Assembly: GCA_965199495.1 (NCBI GenBank)
Contig: CBDASK010000003.1
Coordinates: forward strand, 3,296,001 to 3,360,000
From: Abditibacterium sp.
GTDB lineage: Bacteria > Armatimonadota > Abditibacteriia > Abditibacteriales > Abditibacteriaceae
Reading direction: 5' to 3'
DNA: 64,000 bases
Below the pieces are notes generated by a model. That model had not been told where the DNA came from. It saw nothing but the letters and a program-made list of their open reading frames with translations, and did no database searches. This document shows, one piece after another, positions 30,323 to 39,240 of the stretch (position 1 is its first letter; each line of letters starts with the position of its first letter). Position numbers and translations under genes: made by a program.

Positions 30323-31276
30323 ATGCAATCGCCACTTGTCAGCGTCATTTTCGTTTCGTTCAATACGCGCGATTTAACTTTGCGCGCGCTCGAAGCCGTT
30401 GAACGCGCCGCGCGCGATTTGAGCGTCGAAATCTGGGTCATGGATAACGCGTCGCGAGACGACAGCGTCGCGTGTATTCGCGCGCGTTTTCCCGCTGTCG
30501 AAATCATCGAATCAAAAGTAAATCTCGGTTTTGGCGCCGCCAATAATTTGGCGATGAAACGCGCGCGCGGCGAATATTTTTTATTGGTTAACACCGACGC
30601 GTTTCTCGAATCCGACGCGTTGCGCGAACTCTTAAGCGCCGCCAATCGTCATCCGCGAGCGGCGGTTGTGGCGCCGCGCGTATTGAACGCAGACGGTTCG
30701 CGCCAGAAAAGCGTGTGGCCATTTCCTACGCCCGCTCAGTCGTGGGGCGAAAATTTGGGTTTGAATTGGTTCGCGCGGCGCTTCAATGAGCGCCTGAGAA
30801 AAAGTCATTCGCCCGACGACGAAGGCGAAATTCCGTGGGCGATTGGCGCGTGTTTAATGGTGCGGCGCGCGGCCTACCAACAAATCGGCGGATTCGACGC
30901 GCGCTTTTGGATGTATGCCGAAGAAACCGACTGGCAAAAAACCATGCGCGAAAACGGTTGGCAAATCGTGTTCGCGCCCGCCGCGTACGTCACTCATTTG
31001 GGCGGCGCCAGTGGCGCCGGCAGCGCGCGCGTTTCGCGCGAATTTTACGCTTCGATGGAAAATTACACGCTCAAGCATCACGGGCGCGCCGGTTTGTATT
31101 CGGCGCGCACGGCGCTTTTGTTGGGACAATTCGCGCGTTTACCGTTCTTTGGGCTTTACGTCTTGCTGCGGCCACGCGATGCGCGCGGGCGCGCCAAACT
31201 CAAGTTGGCCCGTTGGCTAGTGCAGCGCGGCGTACGCGCCAGTTTGCCCTTCGCGCTCAAAAAATTGAAACCATGA
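30323..31276 (+). CDS. glycosyltransferase family 2
   Basis: Start ATG 30323; VSVIFVSFN, MDNASRD, NLGFGAANN, GACLMVR, GGFD..FWMYAEETD. Confidence 0.92.
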   Translation: MQSPLVSVIFVSFNTRDLTLRALEAVERAARDLSVEIWVMDNASRDDSVACIRARFPAVEIIESKVNLGFGAANNLAMKRARGEYFLLVNTDAFLESDALRELLSAANRHPRAAVVAPRVLNADGSRQKSVWPFPTPAQSWGENLGLNWFARRFNERLRKSHSPDDEGEIPWAIGACLMVRRAAYQQIGGFDARFWMYAEETDWQKTMRENGWQIVFAPAAYVTHLGGASGAGSARVSREFYASMENYTLKHHGRAGLYSARTALLLGQFARLPFFGLYVLLRPRDARGRAKLKLARWLVQRGVRASLPFALKKLKP

Positions 31277-32556
31277 CACTTCTGCTGGGATTGGCTTATG
31301 CTCTCGTTTTCGTCGCGGTCTGCGCGCGCCGTCCGCAGTGGGCGCTCATCGCCATCTTCGCGACTTCGCCGCTCCAATTTGATCTGGGCAGTGGCGCGCT
31401 CAAATATTCCATCACCGAAATCAACTTGCTATTGACGCTCCCGTTGTTAGCACTCCGTCTACGCGAGTCGCGTCATGGCGCCTCGCTGGGGCCGCTGACG
31501 TTGCCAATTTGCGCCTATCTGCTCGTGTGCGCGTTGTCCACGTTCATCAACTGGCAGGGCAGCGAAGCCGTCGTTTCGTGGGTGCAGATGTTCCTTTACA
31601 TCGTGGTGACGGTCTTGGTTTTCGCCTATCTCTGCCCGCCCGAACAGGTGCGTAAAGTGCCGTATTATTTGGTTGGCGTTTGCGTTTTGTGGGCGCTTTT
31701 TGGCATGAAAGTCCATTTCGACTTCATGTTTCTGCGCAAAAACGCGTTCGGCTCCAGTCTGGCGATGGGTTTTTTGTGCGCCTACGATGGATGGATCGCC
31801 CGTGGCTACCTCAAACGCCCGCTCTGGCAGGATAAAGCGCGTCTGGCTTTGACGGGTGCGATGCTCATTATTTTTACCGGTCTGCTGATGACGCTTTCGC
31901 GCGGCGCGTGGCTGGGCGCCGTCGGCGGAATTATCGTCATTGGAATCTTGCGCGGCTCGGTCAAGCCACTGCTGAAAATTAGCGCCGTTTTAGTGCCGAT
32001 TATTTTAATCGTCTGGTTCAATTTGCCGCCCGAACTCAAGGCCTATACCGTCGGTTTCGACGCCGACCAAAATCGCAATATCGAACTGCGTTTGATAACG
32101 TTGCAGCAGACGCAACAACTATTCCACGATAATCCGATTTTCGGCGCCGGATTGGGTTTGCGCAAAAACATTGACGCGACCAATGTGGCGTGGCTGGCGT
32201 TGGCTGAAACTGGCATTTTGGGCGCGCTGGCTTTCGCGTGGATTTTCTGGAATTTCTATCGTCTGGCGTGGCGGGCGCGCAAAATTCTGCCGCCGTCCGA
32301 CCCGCGATTCACGTTGCTGGCCCTTGGCGCCGCTCTGATGACGTGCCGATTATTGCATGGCATGGTTGACCATTATTGGACGCGCGGCGCACTGACGAAC
32401 GCGTGGGCCGGTTTCGGCATGATTTTGTGTTATTGTCGCATCCCAATTGAAGAGCGCGCGCGCCAGTTGCACGCCATCGCCGAGCGTAGGCGCGCGGCTT
32501 ATGCGCTGGCGTCGGCACAACGTCGCGCTTCGCGGCGCGAGTTGGCGGAGCGTTAA
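31273..32556 (+). CDS. O-antigen ligase / Wzy-like polymerase family membrane protein
   Basis: Start ATG 31273 overlapping the GT2 stop (ATGA); TLSRGAWLG, NPIFGAG, LAETGILG; many TM helices. Confidence 0.85.
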   Translation: MTLLLGLAYALVFVAVCARRPQWALIAIFATSPLQFDLGSGALKYSITEINLLLTLPLLALRLRESRHGASLGPLTLPICAYLLVCALSTFINWQGSEAVVSWVQMFLYIVVTVLVFAYLCPPEQVRKVPYYLVGVCVLWALFGMKVHFDFMFLRKNAFGSSLAMGFLCAYDGWIARGYLKRPLWQDKARLALTGAMLIIFTGLLMTLSRGAWLGAVGGIIVIGILRGSVKPLLKISAVLVPIILIVWFNLPPELKAYTVGFDADQNRNIELRLITLQQTQQLFHDNPIFGAGLGLRKNIDATNVAWLALAETGILGALAFAWIFWNFYRLAWRARKILPPSDPRFTLLALGAALMTCRLLHGMVDHYWTRGALTNAWAGFGMILCYCRIPIEERARQLHAIAERRRAAYALASAQRRASRRELAER

Positions 32557-32569
32557 TTTCATTCGGATG

Positions 32570-32695
32570 CAGCGAATAAATTCGCTGCACGCAGAGCAAA
32601 ATTCCCTTGCGCGGATTACAAGCAAACTCTTTCAGGTGATAATTTCAGTCCACGCAGGTGGGCTTTGCCTTGCGTTGCCGCGAATTTATTCGCTG
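32570..32695. repeat. degenerate REP-like inverted repeat (GCGAATAAATTCGC type)
   Basis: About 49-bp degenerate IR (about 32570-32617 / 32647-32695) starting CAGCGAATAAATTCGC. Confidence 0.7.
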
Positions 32696-32727
32696 GCCGT
32701 TCGTTCCTGAGTTCCCCATTTAATCTT

Positions 32728-33834
32728 TTGAAAATTCTTCATCTCAACGATACCGATAACTGGGCCGGAACCGAAAGTCATATTCTCGACTTGGCCACAG
32801 CTTTGCGCGCGCAAGGCGACGATGCCGCCATCGCGTGCCCGCCGCATTCGCCGCTCGCGGCGCGCGCGCACGCGATTCCCGTGTTGCCGCTCGAAATCAA
32901 CAAACTCATTGATCGTCGCGCGATTCAAAAATTGGCGCGCTTGCTGAAAAGCGGGCGCGCCGATGTTTTGCACGCGCACAACGGGCGCACGCAACTGCAT
33001 GGCGCTCTCGCCGTGGCTGCTGCGCGGCGCGGCACTTTAGTGTGGACGCAACATTTTATCGCGCCGCGTCATGCGCAATCGCAAGGTCGCAAAGCCGCGC
33101 TGATGAAACGCGTTCATCGCGCCGTCAATGCGCGCACGCACGGATTTATCGCGATTTCAAACGCCGTCAAATGCGCGATGATCGAACGCGGCGAAGCCTC
33201 GCTCGAACAAATTGTCGTCGTCCCCAACGGCATCGGCGATCCGCGCGCGGCGAAATTGGAAGACGCCACAATCGTGCGCGCGCGCTACGTCGTCGCGCCC
33301 GATGCGCCGCTCGTTGTTTCGCTGTGCCGTTTGGAACGCGAAAAAGATGTCGCGACGTTGCTGCGCGCGTGGGCGCGATTGGAAGTGCCGGGCGCGCGCT
33401 TGTTATTGGCGGGACGCGGCGCGCAATCCGGCGAATTGCAACGGCAAATCGAACGCGATAAATTAACCGATTCGGCGCAATTAGTTGGCTTCGTCGAGGA
33501 ACCGCTTTCGCTATTAAACGCCGCCGACGTTCTGGCGCATTCAGCGCCCGCCGAACCGTTTGGTTTGGTTTTTCTCGAAGCGATGGGTTTGGCCAAACCG
33601 ATTGTCGCCTGTCGCGGCGGCGCGGCGCCCGAAATTATCAATTCCGATTGCGGCGTCTTAATCACACATGGCGACGAAGCAGCCACGGCGACGGCATTGC
33701 GCGAATTATTGCGCGACAAAACGCGCGCTCACTCTTTGGGACGGGGCGGACGAGTGCGATTCGAGGCGCATTTCACGCGCGAACGGATGGCAGAAAACAC
33801 GTTGGAGGTTTATCGCGAGGCGCTAAAACGATGA
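32728..33834 (+). CDS. glycosyltransferase family 4
   Basis: Probable TTG start 32728 (KILHL); GTE, VVPNGI, EPFGLVFLEAMG. Confidence 0.88.
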   Translation: MKILHLNDTDNWAGTESHILDLATALRAQGDDAAIACPPHSPLAARAHAIPVLPLEINKLIDRRAIQKLARLLKSGRADVLHAHNGRTQLHGALAVAAARRGTLVWTQHFIAPRHAQSQGRKAALMKRVHRAVNARTHGFIAISNAVKCAMIERGEASLEQIVVVPNGIGDPRAAKLEDATIVRARYVVAPDAPLVVSLCRLEREKDVATLLRAWARLEVPGARLLLAGRGAQSGELQRQIERDKLTDSAQLVGFVEEPLSLLNAADVLAHSAPAEPFGLVFLEAMGLAKPIVACRGGAAPEIINSDCGVLITHGDEAATATALRELLRDKTRAHSLGRGGRVRFEAHFTRERMAENTLEVYREALKR

Positions 33835-34958
33835 AAGTTTTGTTGATTTCGCACACTTGCCAGAGCCGCACCGAAGGCCAACCGCGCGCGCACGAACTGG
33901 CGAAATTGCCCGATTTAGAATTGACGCTTTTGGTGCCCGACCGCTGGAAACGTTACGGCGATTGGCGCCGCGCGCAAAGGCCAATTGATGCCGATTTTCG
34001 CTTTATCGAAGGCAAAATCATTTGGCCGTGGAGCGGGCCGGGCCAAACCTACTTGCACTGGTATCCGTCGTTGCCGTGTTTGTTAAAACAATTGCAGCCC
34101 GACGTGATAGATTTGTGGGAAGAGCCGTGGAGTTTGGTGGCGGCGCAAACTTGTTTCTGGCGCGACCGCGTTTGTCCCCACGCGAAAATTGTCGCCGAAA
34201 CTGAGCAGAATATAGATAAACAGTTGCCGCCACCCTTCGAGAATTTCCGCTCTTACGTTTTGAATAAAGCTGATTATGTCGTCGGACGCAACGCCGAATC
34301 TATCGAGATACTGCGTCGCAAAGGTTACGCTGGCCCCGCGCAAGTCGTGCCCAACGCGGTTGATGTCGAATTATTTACGCGCGACGCCAATCGCGAACGC
34401 ACGCGAAATGCGCGCAATTGGAACGATTTCGTCATCGGTTACGCCGGACGTTTGGTCGAATCAAAGGGCGTGTTCGATTTGCTCGAAGCGACCAAACAAT
34501 TGGAAAACGTGCAACTCATTTTCATCGGTGACGGCGAGGCGCGCGCCGAATTGGAAAAACGCGCGGGCAAAAGCGTTCATTTTCTGGGCGCGCAACCGTT
34601 GGAAAAATTGCCGCAATTGTTCTCGGCGCTCGATTGTCTGGTTTTGCCGTCGCGCACAACCGCCAGTTGGAAAGAACAGTTTGGCCGCGTCTTAATCGAA
34701 GCCGCGTCGTGCGGCGTTCCGGTCGTCGGCAGCGATTCGGGCGCGATTCCCCTCGTCGTCGGGCAGGGCAATAATGCGATGGGATTAATTTTTCGCGAAG
34801 GCGACGTGGCTGCACTGTCGGCGGCGCTCATTCGGTTGCAAACTGATCCTAATTTGGCGCGTAAATTGGGCGCGATTGGCGCGCGGCGCGCGCGCGATGA
34901 ATTCTCGTGGAAGTGTATGGCGGCGCGATTCGATACGATTTACCGCTCATTTTCGTAA
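33831..34958 (+). CDS. glycosyltransferase family 4
   Basis: Start ATG 33831 overlapping the previous stop; EEPWS, GYAGRLVESKG, WKEQFGRVLIEA, PVVGSDSGAIP. Confidence 0.92.
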   Translation: MKVLLISHTCQSRTEGQPRAHELAKLPDLELTLLVPDRWKRYGDWRRAQRPIDADFRFIEGKIIWPWSGPGQTYLHWYPSLPCLLKQLQPDVIDLWEEPWSLVAAQTCFWRDRVCPHAKIVAETEQNIDKQLPPPFENFRSYVLNKADYVVGRNAESIEILRRKGYAGPAQVVPNAVDVELFTRDANRERTRNARNWNDFVIGYAGRLVESKGVFDLLEATKQLENVQLIFIGDGEARAELEKRAGKSVHFLGAQPLEKLPQLFSALDCLVLPSRTTASWKEQFGRVLIEAASCGVPVVGSDSGAIPLVVGQGNNAMGLIFREGDVAALSAALIRLQTDPNLARKLGAIGARRARDEFSWKCMAARFDTIYRSFS

Positions 34959-35288
34959 ATTGCGCCAGAGCGCACGTCCGCACAAAAAGGCTCCGACTAA
35001 ACCGATTAACAAAAGCGGGATGGAAATAATCAACAAGGATTGTCCGAATTCATTATTATGTGCGGTCAAACTCGCATAACTGAATGTCCCCGAACACGCG
35101 CCGATGCCGCCGAAAATTAATGTGCCTAAACCCAGACAAATAGAACCAAAAATCCACCCCGCGCTTTTGGTCGCCTTCAATCCCAAATTCGCGCCGCAAC
35201 GCGGGCAAAATTCGGCGCGTTCAGTCAAACCAGCGCCGCAGTTCGGGCAGGTGTAGGGCGTCGGATTGGTGACGGGCGGATTCGGCAT
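34947..35288 (-). CDS. small zinc-ribbon membrane protein
   Basis: CPNCG..FCPRCG followed by two TM helices; start ATG 35288. Confidence 0.75.
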   Translation of the reverse strand: MPNPPVTNPTPYTCPNCGAGLTERAEFCPRCGANLGLKATKSAGWIFGSICLGLGTLIFGGIGACSGTFSYASLTAHNNEFGQSLLIISIPLLLIGLVGAFLCGRALWRNLRK

Positions 35289-35297
35289 AACTAAACA

Positions 35298-35327
35298 AAA
35301 AGCGAAGCGCAATTGCGCTTCGCTTTT
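35298..35327 (-). terminator. intrinsic terminator after gnd
   Basis: AAAAGCGAAGCGCAA-TTGCGCTTCGCTTTT palindrome. Confidence 0.8.
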
Positions 35328-35337
35328 CTATTTTATA

Positions 35338-36879
35338 TTACGGCGTTGGCGGCGGAGTTGTCGGTTGCGACTCGGACGATTTCTCGGCGTTGGCCTGATC
35401 GTCGCCGTGCGGCTTGAGGCGCTCTTCTTCCAAGCCAAACCAATCGGTGTGGAAACTGCCTTCTTTGTCGGTGCGCTCGTAGGTGTGCGCGCCGAAATAG
35501 TCGCGTTGCGCCTGCAATAGGTTCTGCGGGCCGCGCGGGTCGCGATACGAATCGTAGTAACCCAGCGACGCCGAAAACGCCGGAACGGCGATGCCGTTTT
35601 GCACGCCCTCGCAAATCACTTCGCGCCAGCCGTCCTGATTTTTGCCCATAATGTCGGTGAAAAATGGGTCGAGCATCAGGTTGACGAGTTTGGTATCGCG
35701 GCCATACGCCTCGGTGATGCGATCCAAAAAGCGCGCCTGAATAATGCAGCCACCGCGCCAAATCGCGGCGATGTTACCTAAACTCAAATTCCAATCGTAT
35801 TCCGCACTCGCCGCCGCCATCAGCGCCAAACCCTGCGCATAACTGACGACTTTCGAGGCGTAAAGCGCGGCATGAACGCTGTCAATGAACGCTTTGCGGT
35901 CGCCTTCGTAGGGTTTTGGCGATGGGCCGGGCAAAATCTCCGACGCTTTGAGGCGCTGATCTTTCATCGAAGAAACGATGCGCTGTTCGACGGCGGCGTT
36001 GATGGTCGAAACCGGAATACCCAAATCCTGCGCGCTTTGCAGCGTCCATTTGCCGGTGCCTTTTTGTCCGGCTTTATCCTGAATCATGTCCACCAACCAG
36101 TTGCCGGTATCGGGGTCTTTGCGCGTGAAAATGTCCGCGGTAATCTCGATGAGAAATGATTCGAGTGTGCCCTTATTCCAATCGGCGAACACATCGTGCA
36201 GCTCCGGTGGCTCCATGCCCAGCACGCCTTGGAGCAACGCGTAGGCTTCGCAAATCAACTGCATATCGCCGTATTCGATGCCGTTGTGAACCATTTTCAC
36301 ATAATGGCCCGCGCCGTTTGGCCCGATATAGGTGACGCAGGGCGCCATCGAACCGTCGTCTTTCAAGGTGTCCACGACTTGCGCCGAAATTTTGGTGAAA
36401 ATCGGTTCAACCAACTTATAAGCCGACATTTCGCCGCCCGGCATCATCGAAGGGCCTTTGAGCGCGCCTTCTTCGCCGCCCGAAACGCCACAACCAATAA
36501 AGAAAATTCCCTTTTCTTTGAGTTCGGCTTCGCGGCGCATGGTGTCGGTAAAGAGCGAGTTGCCGCCGTCAATGATTAAATCGCCGGGTTCGAGCAGGGG
36601 CAAAAGCTGGTCAATAACCGCGTCAACGGGCGCGCCCGCTTTGACCATGATCATCACTTTGCGCGGCTTTTCCAGCAAGGCGACAAACTCTTCGAGCGTG
36701 TCGCCCGAATGGATGTTTTTGCCGACTTTTTCCCATTCGCCCATTAATTTTTGGGTGACGGATGTGGTGCGATTGTAAATGGCGACGGTGAAGCCTTTGC
36801 TTTCCATGTTGAGGACGAGGTTTTGTCCCATCACGGCGAGGCCGATAAGTCCGATATCACAAGATTGTTCGTTGGGCAT
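35338..36879 (-). CDS. gndA: NADP-dependent 6-phosphogluconate dehydrogenase, decarboxylating
   Basis: Motifs GLAVMGQNL, GVSGGEEGA, VKMVHNGIEYGDMQ, GQKGTG, WRGGCII and QAQRDYFGAHTY. Confidence 0.97.
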   Translation of the reverse strand: MPNEQSCDIGLIGLAVMGQNLVLNMESKGFTVAIYNRTTSVTQKLMGEWEKVGKNIHSGDTLEEFVALLEKPRKVMIMVKAGAPVDAVIDQLLPLLEPGDLIIDGGNSLFTDTMRREAELKEKGIFFIGCGVSGGEEGALKGPSMMPGGEMSAYKLVEPIFTKISAQVVDTLKDDGSMAPCVTYIGPNGAGHYVKMVHNGIEYGDMQLICEAYALLQGVLGMEPPELHDVFADWNKGTLESFLIEITADIFTRKDPDTGNWLVDMIQDKAGQKGTGKWTLQSAQDLGIPVSTINAAVEQRIVSSMKDQRLKASEILPGPSPKPYEGDRKAFIDSVHAALYASKVVSYAQGLALMAAASAEYDWNLSLGNIAAIWRGGCIIQARFLDRITEAYGRDTKLVNLMLDPFFTDIMGKNQDGWREVICEGVQNGIAVPAFSASLGYYDSYRDPRGPQNLLQAQRDYFGAHTYERTDKEGSFHTDWFGLEEERLKPHGDDQANAEKSSESQPTTPPPTP

Positions 36880-37019
36880 GAGTGTTTGTTTGCGGGCGCG
36901 AAAATGCGCATCCTTCTAAAGTAAAGCAGTTGGGGCAATTTGTCCGCCAACAACCGCTAATTTTAAGCACGCACCGGACAATTGTCATCTCTCTCGAATT
37001 AAGCGATAATTTTATTTCA

Positions 37020-37967
37020 ATGAGCGCGCGCGAAAATTCTGCGAAACAAAACTCCTACGACGTTGCACCTGCGCACGACGCCGAATCGGTTTATCTCGCG
37101 CCGCAACGCGAGGTCGCGGCGCCCACCGTTTCCGAGGCCGCCGTCGCCGAAATCAAAGCCGACGCCGACGAAGCGGTTCTGCGTGCGCGCGAGCGACGCG
37201 GCGAAGAGTTCGACTTCGATCTGACGCGCGAAAGTATCGAATCGGAATTGGTTGCCGTCGCGCCGAAAACCAAATATGGTTGGGCGTGGCTGCTACTTGT
37301 GCTGGCGTTGCTCATTTGCGTTTACACCTTTGGCGCCGTGAATGGCGAAAAATCGCGGCGCCCGGTACCAATCGGCCCGTTCACCACGGCGAGCGCTCAA
37401 AACGTGACCGTTAAAGTTCAAGTCGCGGGCGCGGTGAATAAACCGGGCGTCTACGAATTGCCGTTCAACGCGCGCGTGCAGGACGCGATTCGCAAAGCGG
37501 GCGGCTTCAAGGCCGACGCCGATAAAAGCGCGCTCAACTTGGCTGATTGGGCGCAGGACGGCGCCAAAATCGAAGTGCCATCCAAAGCCGCGCCCACTCC
37601 CACAGCGACGCCGACAATAATCATCAAAGAAGTGCCCGCGCCCGTCGCGCCGTCATCAGCCACGGCGCCCGCTTCGGTGGGGGCGACAACTCAAAGCGAA
37701 AGTGCAATTCCCCTCGCGAAAACCGAATCAGGCGCGACTTCGGCCAACGCCTCGTTGGAGTATCTCAAGGCCAACCCCGTGGATTTGAACAAAGCGACGC
37801 AAGCCGAACTGGAAGTTTTGCCCGGCGTCGGCCCCAAAATGGCCGAACGAATCTTGGCGTATCGCGCCGAAAACGGCGGCTTCAAAAGCGTGGATCAATT
37901 GGACGATGTGAAAGGCATTGGCGAAAAACGCATGGCGACACTGAAACCGTTGGTCAAAGTCCGATAA
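37020..37967 (+). CDS. comEA: ComEA family DNA-binding/uptake protein (TM + SLBB + HhH)
   Basis: Start ATG 37020; SLBB VQVAGAVNKPGVYELP..RVQDAI..AGG; HhH VDLNKAT..LPGVGP..GGFKSVDQL..VKGIG. Confidence 0.92.
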   Translation: MSARENSAKQNSYDVAPAHDAESVYLAPQREVAAPTVSEAAVAEIKADADEAVLRARERRGEEFDFDLTRESIESELVAVAPKTKYGWAWLLLVLALLICVYTFGAVNGEKSRRPVPIGPFTTASAQNVTVKVQVAGAVNKPGVYELPFNARVQDAIRKAGGFKADADKSALNLADWAQDGAKIEVPSKAAPTPTATPTIIIKEVPAPVAPSSATAPASVGATTQSESAIPLAKTESGATSANASLEYLKANPVDLNKATQAELEVLPGVGPKMAERILAYRAENGGFKSVDQLDDVKGIGEKRMATLKPLVKVR

Positions 37968-38118
37968 TTTTAGCCACAAAGAATACAAAGGGGCACAAAG
38001 AAGGAAGAGGAAATTAATTTGTAAAAGCAAAACTATAAAATATAGTTCTTCTAATTTTTAATTTCCTCTTCCTTCTTTGTGCCCCTTTGTATTCTCTGTG
38101 GCTAAAATTATCGGACTT
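37957..38118. repeat. 61-bp inverted repeat overlapping the 3' ends of both convergent genes
   Basis: 37957-38017 / 38058-38118 with one mismatch; contains TTAGCCACAAAGAATACAAAGGGGCACAAAG (9-nt period). Confidence 0.92.
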
Positions 38119-39001
38119 CTCGCACGCGATCCATCAAAACATCGGCGATAACTTCATCGTGGCCCAGATAATCGCCCATCGAAAATTTCACTTCGGGATA
38201 TTTCTGTTGCGCTTCTTCCAAAGCCGAAGGCAAATCGTCGGCGACGTGATTGCCGGTGTGCAGAAAATAAGGCACGGCAACAACGCTTTTCGCGCCACGT
38301 TCAACTAATTCGTCAATCGCGTCGGGAATCGAAGGTTCGTTGCATTCCATGAAACCGACGTTGACGAGCGGAAAAACTTCGCGCGCGCGGACTTGCTCGA
38401 CAACGGCGAACATCGCGTTATTCGATTCGGGACGAGGCGAACCGTGAACCATTACGAGTAGCGCCGCCGGATCGGTGGCGCCGTGGCCGCTATAAATCGG
38501 CGCGTTTTCCAAGTCGGCGCCGGGCACCGGTTTATCGCCGGGATGAAGCGGACATTTGGCCGTATCGTAGAGTGGACAACGCGGATGTGGGCGACAAAAC
38601 TGCGGCGCGTTGTCCCACAAATCGCGCCATTTGTGCGGCTCAAATGCGCGTCCAGCGCAATTGATGATGCCATCGGCCAATAAATTATGCGTTTTCATCG
38701 CATCAGCCACGGCGACTTCGATGTTGGGATATTTCTCGATTAGCGGTTCGATGACTGGCGGCAAACTGACTTTAACGAAATAGCCTGCGACCAGAAAATA
38801 AGGCGCCACAATAATGCGCGTCGCGCCGCGATTGATGCAAGTCTCGAACGCTTGGGCAAACGTCGGCTCGGAATAATTAAGAAATCCGACTTCGACAATC
38901 GGCGCATCGCCGCGCGCTTCCATGCGCTTGGCGAGGGCAAATAAGGTTTCGCCCGCGCCGCACAAAACCGAGCCATGAGAAAAAAGAATGATCGCGTCCA
39001 T
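38108..39001 (-). CDS. CbiX/SirB-family sirohydrochlorin chelatase, two domains with a Cys-rich linker
   Basis: Two units, SHGS..GFLNYSEP..APYFLVAG and VHGS..GFMECNEP..VPYFLHTGNHV, joined by CRPHPRCPLYDTAKC. Confidence 0.85.
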   Translation of the reverse strand: MDAIILFSHGSVLCGAGETLFALAKRMEARGDAPIVEVGFLNYSEPTFAQAFETCINRGATRIIVAPYFLVAGYFVKVSLPPVIEPLIEKYPNIEVAVADAMKTHNLLADGIINCAGRAFEPHKWRDLWDNAPQFCRPHPRCPLYDTAKCPLHPGDKPVPGADLENAPIYSGHGATDPAALLVMVHGSPRPESNNAMFAVVEQVRAREVFPLVNVGFMECNEPSIPDAIDELVERGAKSVVAVPYFLHTGNHVADDLPSALEEAQQKYPEVKFSMGDYLGHDEVIADVLMDRVREVR

Positions 39002-39092
39002 AATAAAATTTACAGACGCGAATTTGGGGCCGCTAAAATGTGCTGTTTTGGGAAAACTGCGAACATTCTACCATTCTACTGTAGGGTAAATG

Positions 39093-39147
39093 TAACTACT
39101 CAGGTGCCCCGCGCTCAGAATGACAGCGCGGGGCACCTGAGTAGTTA
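39093..39147. repeat. short palindromic element
   Basis: 23-bp perfect IR TAACTACTCAGGTGCCCCGCGCT (39093-39115 / 39125-39147). Confidence 0.8.
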
Positions 39148-39240
39148 TGTGTAAATTTGAATAAGGAGCGTAATCAACCGGACAAAGTGCGGGTCTGAGG
39201 CAAATCGAATTTTGGCCGATGACGTGCGATTGCAGCTCAT

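Noticed and set aside
29089..30333. Adjacent glycosyltransferases both start ATGCAATCGCC (MQSP)
   Set aside because: Only 11 bp with no further similarity; cannot be distinguished from coincidence.
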